DNA from: Phoronis australis
Taxonomy: Eukaryota; Animalia; Phoronida
DNA: 64,000 nucleotides
NCBI GenBank assembly: GCA_002633005.1
Contig: NMRA01000153.1
Span: forward strand, 392,158-456,157
Direction: 5' to 3'
Made by a program: the position numbers and the translations under genes. The notes under the pieces were generated by a model, which had not been told where the DNA came from, ran no database searches, and saw only the letters and a list, made by a program, of their open reading frames with translations. Below are positions 44,301 to 53,021 of this stretch, in pieces; the stretch's first letter is position 1; every line of letters begins with the position of its first letter.

Positions 44301-47300
44301 CTTGGATCCGATGGACCACCAAATGGCGACATCTGGTGGCCAGCGACATTTAGTCCGCCAACTCCCTGCAGAAAAAGAAAGGACTAGTCACACACTATAA
44401 CCGTTGACAAATACGGCTTAGTTCTTTGAACTACATATGACATAACTTATGACACATAGATAAATAAAACAGAGGAAAATCCCAATACAATTGATAGATA
44501 CTTAAATAAAATTTGCTACAAGCTGTATCACACATGCGCACCAATCTTCTATGACTGAATGTAAACAATGACCGCTTCAAATTGCTAAACACGATACAGA
44601 AATAACACTTCCTCAAGTTACATGAACATTGCGAAGGCAGGCTCATCGAAACTATTTACCCATGATTCCTTGAATACATTATCGGGGGTCAAAGTGCGGT
44701 CCATCTCATCTCTGCCCCTGGACTGCATTGGCACAGGCGTGGCCGTTGTATCATCAGTCACTGGTAGTTCACCATTGACTTCACCTCTCTCAGCTGTCGC
44801 GTCACACTGACTGTCCGGGAATGCATTCTCTAAGTTGAAGTCACTTTGGTCTAACCAGGCAGGTGGCTGGGGGTCATCTTCCTGCGTCACCATGTGTCCG
44901 TTGTCGTAATTAGTAGGTGCTAAAAATTGGGAATCTAGACGAGAGTCGCGATCGTTTCCCTACAAAGATATAATAAAACATTTTATTAAATTTACGCACC
45001 ATGCGTCACATGATGAAAAATGATGACAAACTCCCTTCTTGAAAGATGATGTGACCTAGATAAAATTCCAATTCATTTAAAGTTTTAACAAAACAAGTGT
45101 ACTATTTGCATGTCTTTGGAATCACTAAAAAAAGTTTGGAATTTTGCAATATAAAGAAAAACTTACGGTATTTCTTTCTAAGTTAACAATTGTTCCAAAT
45201 AAGAATTCACACGACTTTTGCGGACACAGCTGGACTCTTGCATGTTATGACACCAGTGCAGTGCGTCGAGACACAAAGCTGAATAATCCCAACGAGGACA
45301 CTGATTTATCTCGTTCCTGGAGGTAAAAACTGCACTCTGGTGCCTACCTGAATGCTAACAGCGCTTGAAGACATCTCGCCGTCAAACGAGGCCCCGGACA
45401 AGCTTCTAGTTCTGTAATCCACACCTGAAGCAAACCTGACGTGAACGTCATCTACAGATGAGTGGAGTTCTTGTAAATCATCACCGATGGGCCTAATTCG
45501 AGTCTGTGCCTGAAAACAGGGAATAAATGAATAAAATCTTTCCCAGTTCACAAGTCTCAATCACTTGGGATCACAAAACATTTCCAAGATAGCTCACCTT
45601 TTGCAGAAACCAAGAAATGCAATGAGACGGTAAAGGGGACGACTGTGTTTAGCTGGCCAGGCACTATCCTGCAAAGATAGCCCTAGCTCATATCCCCAGG
45701 GCTTGTGAAGGGGAACACTGTTTCAGTTCAGGATCAAGTGACTTCAACCCCTACTTCACTGATGGGTTGACTACACTCATCTCACTTAGAGCCAAATACA
45801 CCACTTTGATAAATAACTAGGCCAACACAAACATGATGGAACTGTCAACTACTAACTACCTATAGATGGCACCACCAGACACGCAACTATAAATTACTCA
45901 CTAAACTACAGATGGCACCACCAGACACTCACAGATGTAACTGTCACTACTCACCTCACTACATATGGCACCACTAGACACACATGGTGAAACTAATAAT
46001 TAATCACCAGGCTATCTTGTCACCACATAAAAATGCCACTCTTTGTGCGGCCTACCTCAGGGTCATCTTCCTGAAACTGTGGGGGTCGTGAGAAGTCATT
46101 TCTGCCCACAAATCCCATAGTCCTGAGTACATCCAGGGTCGTCTGTTGCCTCTGACTGGTGTCTAGAGAACGTCTTAAATTCACCGAATCACTAATGGAA
46201 GGAATGCAGTAAAACAAGCTTTAATAACAAATGCACAGAAAGCGAGATATATACATCTTAAAACAAAAAGACATTATATTTGCACAGAAGATATACATTT
46301 CTGTCAGATGGCCTGGGACATTTCACAAAACATGTATTTCAATCAAAAGATCAAAATTATTTTCCTTCAAATAACTAAGTTTTTGGACCCATGTAAGTAA
46401 AAAATGAGTCAAACACCATCTACACAAATCACTACTTCCTTTTCAGATCATCCTCACGATTAGCCAAAAATAAAAGTGCCTGATTGCTAATTCCAAGAGA
46501 TATCCCTGGAAAGGAGCTGACAACCTCATGCTATAAACAAATGTGAACGAACTGATTACCAGTCTATCACCTTGTCAGCTGCCTGTCACATTTATCTCCC
46601 TCGTTTACCTGGCATTGAGTCTTCTGCCCCCTCCCTCTGTCTCCCCAACCCCCTCCGCCAGTTCTCTCTCCCCAATGTCTTGCTGAGTGTCACTGCCGCG
46701 GCTAGACACACTGCCAGAACTTCCTGCTCCTTCAAGTCCTGAATCGAATATACACAACTACAGACAATCACTCGCATGACACATTGCCATCAAACAGCTC
46801 ATACTTAGGATGATGATAGGAGAATAACAAATTCTACAAATTTAAGAACCTATGCAGCATCCTCATCAATCTAATGTCCAGTGCTTAAGTAACGGTATCT
46901 CTGGTTTGGGCAGCAATACCGACACTAAATAGAGTTAATGCTGTGTTTTCTAAGTAATATGTCATTAAGGGGCAAAAATATCAAGTTATAACTAAACTTC
47001 GTTAAAAATACAACTAGACTTTTCCTTTGCAAGCTTGATACTGGTATGCTCGTAGTGTACGAACAGTCTCCTTTCATCAGCTCGTGTTTCAATTTGTTTG
47101 TTTATGTCTCTCGGTGTTTTACTTCATACCTGCACACCTGAAGAAAGGAGACTGTTCCGATACTACGAACATACCAGTATCAAGCTTGCAAACAAAAAGT
47201 CAAAGTTTGTGTAAATGAAGGGCTGCTACCGAACTACACTTATAACAAAACAGAAACAAAATTAGCTTTCCCACAGCAACAGAATGTCAAAACTTTGAGG

Positions 47301-50300
47301 TTACATTCAACACCAGACACACATTTTGATCGCAATTCAACTTCACTATTTGACTGGTGTTACACGTTCCAATGGACTGAAACTTCACTCAACAGGGAAG
47401 TGAAAACATCAGTGGGCATCTTGATATCAGATTCTCTATCCAGATCACCCATGTTTGTGTTTTTGCAAATACACTTTTCTTATTGGTCAACATACCAGGC
47501 CGGGACAACCTTCCCTCTTCATTGTCTCCACCCTCCACACTGTGGTCTCTCTCCATTGGCGGTTTTCGTGTGGCATTTACCTATCAGAGTTATAAAATGA
47601 AGTCACACTTCAAGTGCAAGTAGTTGTAACTTAAAAAGTAGACACACCCTCACATGAATAGAGAAGATAAATGAACAAAAATCTCTAACAGCCCTATCAC
47701 GATCATACTAACAATTGGTAGACATGAGATAAGATATAAAGCATTCATAACGTACAGTTAAGTTGATGAATATTAATTCAAACATCAGTTAGAATTCAAC
47801 ATATCATGAGCGCTGTTTGGGGACATCCAGTTTCCCACAATGGTGAATGTTAAATGTTTTGATTTAATTTTGGGATCCGAAGAAGTTGTGAAATATGGGC
47901 ACTTCTTGTTTTCTGTGGTTACGTTGTAGTCGGAATGGAGCTCATCGGTGATATTTTTGACTTAATAAACAGCTAGTCTTATTTCATCATAGTTTGAACT
48001 TCGCCACTCATGACTGGTCGACGTAGCACTCAATATAACTTTAGTAAGTGCAGTTGCAAGTTTAGGGCCTACACTACACCAAGCCACTAACCAGCCTAGC
48101 TGCTTCCAGCTCATCTTCTGTGTCAATCTCACTTTCACAGTTGTCAGTGCCAGCTCCCTGACCTCTGACCCCTGGGTCTGGGTCACCATCTGCAATTTGC
48201 TTATGATAATTACCCACGGCAGGAACAACAATACACCATATTATGAATGATTGCAAATTAAATCTTTTACTTTATCCACACACATTTCCACATCACTGTC
48301 AAGTTCAAACAATGCAAAATACAAACCTAATAATTAATATCACCAGTTATTGCAACACACTATTTTAGCTAACTGTTATTCAGAGCACAGCCACACGGAG
48401 CAAAGCAAGGACACTGCCTGAGTTTTTAAGAGTAAAGGGAAAATGTCAAAATGAGTGCTGAGTACATACAACTGCATTGATTTTTCAATTAAGCTTTTCA
48501 AGAAATAAACATTTACCTCCAAACGTTAGCGAAACCTGACTGCTAAGGAACCTGTCTCTTTGTTGCTCACGTCCAACAGCTGTGCCAAACATGGGACTGC
48601 GCCTGAAGTATCTTTGATCCAAACTTGACTGCCCATTCAGCTTATCTGCAGGAAAAATGAATAATAATGTTGCATTCTAATTAACAGAGCTTATCAATTG
48701 GAATTTCACCAAAAGTGTCAGTTAAAAGGACTCGGTATCCCTCTGAACTCAAGTGTCCGGCCAGTGTGTATTTGAACAGAGCATCCAGCATGTTGCTGTT
48801 CAAATATATGTCGGTAGGACACTAAGGCCAGTAGTTGACAGACTCTCTCTCTGCTGCTCAACTATAATATGATTTAACAATGCTTGAGAGAGAGCAGTTT
48901 CGACCATTACTTAACTGCACAATTTGACCAGACTTTAATATCACTCATAATTATCAACATTCTCAAAAATGACCAAAAGCAGTACACTTGATTGGACAGA
49001 GTATCTGTGACTCACAGCTGATTGGCCAGGCTATCTGTGACTCACAGTTGATTGGCCACACAATATGAGACTCACTGCTGATTGACAAGATTATATTTGA
49101 CACACAGCTGATTGGCTAGAACATTTAATTCAAGCTACTCCAATGCTTCTTCACTCAGAGTTGTAAAACATGGAAGATTTGAGGCTTCCAACCCCTCTTC
49201 ATAACAAATAAAGACTACAACCAAAAACCTGGTCACTCTCACTAACACATTCTCAAGAATTCAACGGAATGGGCTAAAATTGTGAAGGAATAGAATGCAA
49301 TAAGAGTAAAAACAGTGCCGCGTTCGAGGCAATTTTAAGACCACAGTTCCCAGTCTACGTGCATTCCTTCCCCAATTCATTTTATTTCCAGGACTGATAT
49401 GGATGTTCCAAGAAAAGTTTGGTGTAACTAGGCTTCATCACGTTCAACAGTCGACTTTACCTGTTCTGTTCATTTCAGACAGCCCTTTGCCCTCCGCCTC
49501 ATCACACTCTTGACCCTCTCCTTCAAAGTGACCACCAGTGTGTCTCTCTAACAACTCCTCTTCCTTATCGCCACCAACTGCAGCTGTGAATGACGACTGT
49601 GAGCTCACACAGTCATGTATGTCAACCTCCGCTCCCGTCGTCTGCTTTGCACTGCTAACTCGTTGGAAGTTCACTGGACCAGATTCTTTGTCCGGAACAG
49701 AGTCTTTGCCCAAACCTGTGAATGTGTCATCCAGCTCTTCAGCTTCGAAATCGCTGAAATCCTCGTCGAACTTCATCAGCTCGTCTTCGGCAAACTTCAC
49801 CTCGTGAACACTAATGTCCACATCCGCGTCATTGCGGAACATCATGGACATGACAGGTGGCTCCCCCTGACGACCTTCCGCTGATTTACTACTAGGGGGA
49901 TTACCAACATTAGTTTTCTTCTTCACCGTGTCAGTATCATGATTGAAAGGCTGACGTCGCACTGTGCCTAAGTTCTTGGGTGGAGCATCGTCCTCATCAC
50001 TATGGTAACCACCCACAGTCACATTTTCTTTCGCATAGCTTTTCAGACGGTTCCTAGGTAGAGAGCAGGCCAGAAGCTCAGCCTTGGAAAGGTTCTTGTC
50101 AGGGCTGGTCTCTAACAGCATGCTATTAGACAAATCTACAAATGAAAAAACGACTGGTTTCAACACATGGTCAAAGGGCAAGAGGTCAATATTTGGTACA
50201 TATACTAAAATCACTTCAATTGCCCTGGTAGGACAGAATAAAATTGAAAGATTTACTAATTGTTTTCTAAGTACTTGTCTCATAGAAGCTAAACAATCTG

Positions 50301-52331
50301 AGACTGGAAGAACAATGTGTCAAGCGTAACGCATATTAATTTCTAGAAAGTCCAAGAAAAGAAATTCTAAAGTGTTTATTTCGTTCCAATGACTGATTTA
50401 CATTAATTTTTAAACTGCTCTAGAAACTATTTACCTCCAATACCCTCCAGCTGGAGGATACCCATAGATGATCTAGATGAAGAGTCCAGGAGAGGCACCT
50501 TCCCAAACTGACTCTCAATACTTTGAGTCTTCAGCAAACCACTTCAAAAAACACAAACTAAATACAACACAAGTTGGTAGATGTAGCAGGAGTAGAAAAT
50601 AGCGCGGCCAAACACAAGGAATACTCCCATAATACAGAGAATAGAGGACCAATTAGATAGTACAGACGGAAGCTACCACAATAAGAATCCCATATTTAAT
50701 GGTAATCCATCATTCATTTTGAAACAGATGATGAACTCTTAAGGTCATGTGGGACCCAAGAAAAATGTCCAAGTTTAGCCAACTTCAGAGCATCGTATGA
50801 AATGAACTTTCACATACTACTCACTACTTGCACAAATTCGTCATTATGCTTGAAAACAAGGTGTTGTGTCCAATCTACAACAGTTCTACATGTTTGGAAC
50901 ATGCGCGCTTTCAAGTATGCGTTGTTAAAATTGATGTTAAAACAAGGCATCGCGTCCCAAACAACAATGCACAACAATAATCTCTTGCAGCACCACCAAA
51001 GCGTGCAAGTAGTGAACACTTTATACCCTGTTTGCCCATACAATGTTAGGAAGTGTGTTTATAATGATCCAACTTTGCAAGAAAAGTTATCAAAAATAGA
51101 AGTTATGATTATTATGAAAATGACCAGAAACTGCATAAAACAAAAAGTAAATTATGTTTTAGAAAACAGTAGCACCAACTTTGAGATTTCACCTTGAAAG
51201 CAAATATTAAACGAAATGTGGTCACGTTAATAATCTACCACGATTTTTTGCTAACTTTTCCTAAAAAAGACATGGCCACATGACTCAATCAATAGCATAC
51301 TGGCATCATGATAAAAATCAATTTCTATACGCCTTCTACTATCAGAAAATATATACAGTTTACTAAGTTAAATATTAGGCTGAATGCATTTGTAGATAAA
51401 GTCCTACATAACCTTTAACTCATATATCAGTTTCTTTGGTTCACAGAGGCTGGTTGTCATGACATTTACCACGGTAACCTCTAAAAGAAGCTTATGCAGT
51501 GATATGCACACAAAAAGCTTGTATTTTACACTAGAACTGAAAGAAAGAATGTAAATCTAGACTGAACAGTCACACAGTTTCCAACAAAAGCCAATAACAA
51601 TGTGCCAATCTTACTCTCAGGCCATTTCAGTAAACTTAAAGACCATTATGGCATTATCGGGGAAACCTGGACACACCTTTCTTGATCATGCGCTGTTCTC
51701 ACTGAGGGGGTCTTGTCATCAGAAAATGAGAATTTGACGAGAGGTAAGTCTTCCAAGCCGGGAGCAGGGGAGTCGGTTGTTGCATTGAGCAGAGAATCAA
51801 TTAGCAGTTGACCACCGGCAGGTCTGAAGTAAAGTACATAATTTAACAACAACACATATCTCAGCAACGTGTACGAGTCACAAGCAGCTGGAAATTCATT
51901 AAAAAGAACATTTAATTGACTAATCTCAAAAACTTTTTCCTGCAGAGACGTTTAAAAGAGTGGCATGGAAGTATGGAAATCAAACTATATTTAAAATAAC
52001 AACTGGTATTTTAAACACAATATTATCTCTAGAAAAAGTTGTTGCATTTCATAAATGTGATACTCCAATGGAGCTTAACAATTTCCAGAAACATTCACGA
52101 TATTCGGCTCTAAAATCGAGGCATCGAGGGCCATGCTAAGTATTCAAAGAAACATCACAGAGCAAACCTCTTCTTCGCTGGCTCATTCCTCTGAACTGTG
52201 GAAGCAGCCAGAGGTGCTGGCGTGCAAAAGATTGTCTTCTCATCCACAGTACTCTTACGACCTTGTGCAGTCAGAAAGGAAGACAAATCCCCCTCCGCAA
52301 ACAGACCAGAGGAAGAATCGCTATTGTCCAT
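8238..52331 (-). CDS. CEP192: Centrosomal protein of 192 kDa / SPD-2 orthologue, 40 coding exons, ~3178 aa
   Basis: All 39 introns GT-AG with consistent phases; summed CDS 9537 nt. N-terminal AEGDLSSFLT/PLAAST, the ALLEADEKEFKKEHQLIQE motif and tandem ASH/SPD-2 domains (CCIGL..NPTNRW, FGDMPWG, IPLIGYGG, GDEIARQ, PWSGLILIHCD, SSFAPVYVK, YRATYAAF) match CEP192 as recalled. Confidence 0.93.
9578..9636 (-). CDS. CEP192: CEP192 coding exon 39
   Basis: LQSMAPDPPFYSKPRSLSI; phase 0/2. Confidence 0.85.
9753..9873 (-). CDS. CEP192: CEP192 coding exon 38
   Basis: LCFQRTLIGEKSTCKIIVRNNG; phase 2/0. Confidence 0.88.
9915..9946. repeat. (TA)n microsatellite
   Basis: Direct observation. Confidence 0.9.
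10151..10257 (-). CDS. CEP192: CEP192 coding exon 37 (linker)
   Basis: GVKTGGYQSVDKEK...RRRSSDEN; phase 0/2. Confidence 0.82.
11231..11565. mobile_element. TTAA-ended MITE family B, copy 1
   Basis: GCTATAAACCCACTTTC ... GGTTTATAGTCGCTTTAA; homologous to 22713-23013. Confidence 0.55.
11791..11864 (+). pseudogene. Degenerate tRNA-Cys-like sequence (pseudogene or SINE head)
   Basis: TAGAACGTTTGACTGCAATCGCAAAGGTTCTAGGTTCAGTTCC resembles the tRNA-Cys TTTGACTGCA anticodon arm plus a GGTTC B-box; acceptor stem does not pair. Confidence 0.4.
14741..14863 (-). CDS. CEP192: CEP192 coding exon 36
   Basis: IAIDFIPRETGVYSQHWELDV...KIQLIGQ. Confidence 0.92.
15241..15701 (+). mobile_element. hAT6-like MITE copy 1
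   Basis: TIR CAGGGCTTGGAAT/ATTCCAAGCCCTG; flanks AGGATT/AGTATT (5/6). Confidence 0.85.
15948..16043 (-). CDS. CEP192: CEP192 coding exon 35
   Basis: HGLSVEDVYRATYAAFNFTKKVGRLEPNEEQK. Confidence 0.92.
19442..19521 (-). CDS. CEP192: CEP192 coding exon 34
   Basis: ETLLHITNVSNQVINWTLSSFAPVYVK. Confidence 0.92.
19857..20060. repeat. 67-bp tandem repeat x3 overlapping the exon 33 donor
   Basis: CTTAATACAG recurs at 19861, 19928 and 19995. Confidence 0.95.
20059..20257 (-). CDS. CEP192: CEP192 coding exon 33
   Basis: EVKVQIRQD...LTFAPTMVGKTS. Confidence 0.9.
20913..21139 (-). CDS. CEP192: CEP192 coding exon 32
   Basis: LRYEMSWPANSIRITPEEG...PWSGLILIHCDGQQE. Confidence 0.93.
21708..22199 (+). 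mobile_element. hAT6-like MITE copy 2
   Basis: Same internal sequence as copies 1 and 3; slightly degenerate TIRs; flanks CTCTAT/TACTAT (4/6). Confidence 0.85.
22253..22374 (-). CDS. CEP192: CEP192 coding exon 31
   Basis: LGPARPP...FLVKPTQLILTAART; phase 2/1. Confidence 0.85.
22713..23013. mobile_element. TTAA-ended MITE family B, copy 2
   Basis: GCTATAAACCCACTTTC, ATTTCAGGGCTT, CTCAAGGAAT and AAACCCAG shared with 11231-11565. Confidence 0.55.
23187..23382 (-). CDS. CEP192: CEP192 coding exon 30
   Basis: EPTLP...DQELFYSTMRTVKLGLVGE; phase 1/2. Confidence 0.88.
24108..24431. repeat. 54-bp minisatellite x6
   Basis: Unit TTCATGTGGTGCACT(C/T)ATATGGCTCAGTAGTGCCCTACTATACGCATGT(A/T)TATG. Confidence 0.95.
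25264..25367 (-). CDS. CEP192: CEP192 coding exon 29
   Basis: SVQTNGAQK...MNFSVPYLGEEHIPF; phase 2/1. Confidence 0.85.
26063..26184 (-). CDS. CEP192: CEP192 coding exon 28
   Basis: TVAIAFHPSDR...FFYGDEIARQRHI. Confidence 0.92.
26450..26713 (-). CDS. CEP192: CEP192 coding exon 27
   Basis: IPLIGYGGVS...VRNKGSRPAYVKA...ESETK. Confidence 0.93.
27257..27421 (-). CDS. CEP192: CEP192 coding exon 26
   Basis: LQSFSEG...LKPLEEFPVYIIYSP...RKYS. Confidence 0.9.
27889..28307. mobile_element. Family A element, degenerate copy
   Basis: AAGTTATGTAAC ... CCATACGTAACCTT; shares TCACGTGA and TTTGTAGATATT motifs with the copy ending at 16666. Confidence 0.5.
28710..28797 (-). CDS. CEP192: CEP192 coding exon 25
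   Basis: QQKLILCNNSNSLMKLLMKIKGNSVLDFQ. Confidence 0.9.
28877..28985. repeat. 25-bp minisatellite x~4
   Basis: ATCCACTCACAACAGGGGAGACAAC. Confidence 0.9.
29786..29968 (-). CDS. CEP192: CEP192 coding exon 24
   Basis: IEPNGRAYEV...LLSNKHLLAWGGVAVG. Confidence 0.92.
30343..30557 (-). CDS. CEP192: CEP192 coding exon 23
   Basis: HVLMK...PIRNAGNIPL...VKFTPK. Confidence 0.92.
30707..31197 (+). mobile_element. hAT6-like MITE copy 3
   Basis: Perfect TIRs and perfect 6-bp TSD AATAAC. Confidence 0.9.
31435..31577 (-). CDS. CEP192: CEP192 coding exon 22
   Basis: PPEEFSARIDIEVDSPSP...GSARLHVPRNME. Confidence 0.92.
32381..32564 (-). CDS. CEP192: CEP192 coding exon 21
   Basis: SKSSWHCFMF...VLFRAPQRFDK; phase 0/1; donor choice uncertain. 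Confidence 0.8.
32916..33041 (-). CDS. CEP192: CEP192 coding exon 20
   Basis: VVTEGDRMLNFGDMPWGCSKDLPITLVNNGLAKVPVRMTIST. Confidence 0.92.
33180..33340. repeat. ~21-bp AT-rich minisatellite
   Basis: ATTTTTGTTATTTTAGATAT repeated ~7x. Confidence 0.85.
34233..34379 (-). CDS. CEP192: CEP192 coding exon 19
   Basis: VVFLPKLPGVY...QAVAEKPNIQ. Confidence 0.92.
35467..35738 (-). CDS. CEP192: CEP192 coding exon 18 (start of ASH domain array)
   Basis: DVCCIGLSTQAVLTLKNPTNRWVQ...EPGATEELK. Confidence 0.92.
35759..35928. repeat. Diverged ~48-bp tandem repeat
   Basis: CATGG(G/T)ATG..GAACTC...ACAACACA.GA.AACATTATCT recurring. Confidence 0.7.
35931..36626. other. Tandem duplication joined at N36326, probably an assembly artefact
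   Basis: 35931-36325 equals 36327-36626 except for a 95-bp indel (35995-36089). Confidence 0.8.
36495..39785 (-). CDS. CEP192: CEP192 coding exon 17 (3291-bp giant exon, low-complexity S/K/R/E-rich)
   Basis: ORF 36487-39795 (1102 aa) bounded by tag|AT and G|GTAAGT; contains the AIYQCIQSASASQKPSELADIVLKMS helix motif; phase 1/1. Confidence 0.9.
41024..41129 (-). CDS. CEP192: CEP192 coding exon 16
   Basis: PTFGNKIITPPSNRKPVALI resembles human RPSFG...REPIALI (recalled); phase 0/1. Confidence 0.85.
41733..41927 (-). CDS. CEP192: CEP192 coding exon 15
   Basis: EDQTQ...SIGTFMLTRTHALGSLEGEEGVER; phase 0/0. Confidence 0.88.
42713..42777 (-). CDS. CEP192: CEP192 coding exon 14
   Basis: GEGIALLEADEKEFKKEHQLIQ resembles human LIAQDEEEFNKEHQFIQ (recalled); phase 1/0. 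Confidence 0.88.
43027..43188 (-). CDS. CEP192: CEP192 coding exon 13
   Basis: ASEHGGGIFADFEGG...FPDEQFMSD; phase 1/1. Confidence 0.8.
43682..43812. repeat. 11-bp minisatellite x~12
   Basis: CAGTTACACAG. Confidence 0.95.
44263..44365 (-). CDS. CEP192: CEP192 coding exon 12 (alternative in-frame donor after 44290)
   Basis: GVGGLNVAGHQMSPFGGPSDPSLVI...; phase 0/1. Confidence 0.7.
44660..44959 (-). CDS. CEP192: CEP192 coding exon 11
   Basis: GNDRDSRLDSQF...VFKESW; phase 0/0. Confidence 0.8.
45348..45509 (-). CDS. CEP192: CEP192 coding exon 10
   Basis: AQTRIRPIGDD...AVSIQ; phase 0/0. Confidence 0.8.
46056..46191 (-). CDS. CEP192: CEP192 coding exon 9
   Basis: DSVNLRRSLDT...FQEDDPE; phase 2/0. 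Confidence 0.8.
46609..46738 (-). CDS. CEP192: CEP192 coding exon 8
   Basis: GLEGAGSSGSVSSRGSDTQQ...RRLNA, a different frame from the ORF track; phase 1/2. Confidence 0.75.
47017..47201. repeat. Foldback inverted repeat (~64-bp arms), MITE-like
   Basis: TTTGCAAGCTTGATACTGGTATG...AACAGTCTCCTTTC mirrored by GAAAGGAGACTGTT...CATACCAGTATCAAGCTTGCAAA. Confidence 0.75.
47496..47580 (-). CDS. CEP192: CEP192 coding exon 7
   Basis: VNATRKPPMERDHSVEGGDNEEGRLSRP; phase 0/1. Confidence 0.75.
48092..48189 (-). CDS. CEP192: CEP192 coding exon 6
   Basis: DGDPDPGVRGQGAGTDNCESEIDTEDELEAARL; phase 1/0. Confidence 0.75.
48517..48645 (-). CDS. CEP192: CEP192 coding exon 5
   Basis: DKLNGQSSLDQRYFRRSPMFG...LTFG; phase 1/1. 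Confidence 0.75.
48988..49120. repeat. 30-bp tandem repeat x~4, most units with ATTGG
   Basis: TGATTGG.CA...TATCTGTGACTCACAGC. Confidence 0.8.
49461..50135 (-). CDS. CEP192: CEP192 coding exon 4 (acidic region)
   Basis: Within ORF 49444-50283; acidic FAEDELMKFDEDFSDFEAEELDDTF; phase 1/1. Confidence 0.85.
50435..50541 (-). CDS. CEP192: CEP192 coding exon 3
   Basis: GLLKTQSIESQFGKVPLLDSSSRSSMGILQLEGIG; AAG acceptor, G|GTAAAT; phase 2/1. Confidence 0.7.
50739..51418. mobile_element. TTAA-flanked (Kolobok-like) non-autonomous element, family A
   Basis: TTAA-GGTCATGTGGGAC ... GTCCTACATAACCT-TTAA; related copies at ~16170-16666, 27889-28307 and 59635-60140 (inverted). Confidence 0.6.
51677..51823 (-). 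CDS. CEP192: CEP192 coding exon 2
   Basis: RPAGGQLL...LVKFSFSDDK; phase 2/2. Confidence 0.8.
52168..52331 (-). CDS. CEP192: CEP192 coding exon 1 (start codon; acceptor at 52333, so a 5' exon lies upstream)
   Basis: MDNSDSSSGLFAEGDLSSFLT...PLAASTVQRNEPAKK; tag|GCATG; AG|GTTTGC. Confidence 0.85.
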
Positions 52332-53021
52332 GCCTAAAATTATAAAGCATTCATTCATTGCCTTTTAAGGTGATTGTCGACTAGCATTTCATCAAATAAC
52401 ATCTAACTGTCCATTTTCAACCCTACGGTAATTGTTCACTTATTCGGCACACAATATGGCGGAACAGTGAAATTTTACTTTTTCAAATTACTCATCAAAA
52501 ATTAAACTTATGAATATTCTAGTCTATTATTAGCTTGGATTAAACAGTTTAAATGTCATAAAACAACATTGGTAAAGTTTCTATAACTTTCAGCTAGGTA
52601 CATAACCAGCACCTGAAAAATACAAATTACCATGTTTGGCAATGGGTTTAAATGTGAAATAAGTGAAGAATAACTGTTTCCTGAATCCTGGGTGGGTATA
52701 CTAAATATGCAGCTTTGCACCGATGTGGGTAAACAAGTGGTAAGATAAAATCTGACACAAAATTAGTGTCACTACAAACTACAGTCTTCCTTGAGTAAAC
52801 TAAATTATTTAACGGTGTTGGAAAAAATGGCGTTCTACCGTTATTCAGCTGCTAAAGTTATGGAGCGATCTTTAGCAATGGCTTTCGGCGGCATGAAATA
52901 TTGTGTCACCTATTGGCCAGTTTCTTTTTTCACCGATCCTTCAATCAACTGTATGTTCTTCTTTCACGAGGTTGTGTACACGTCACAAGAAATTATCGGA
53001 ACTGGTTTCACTTCATTATAA

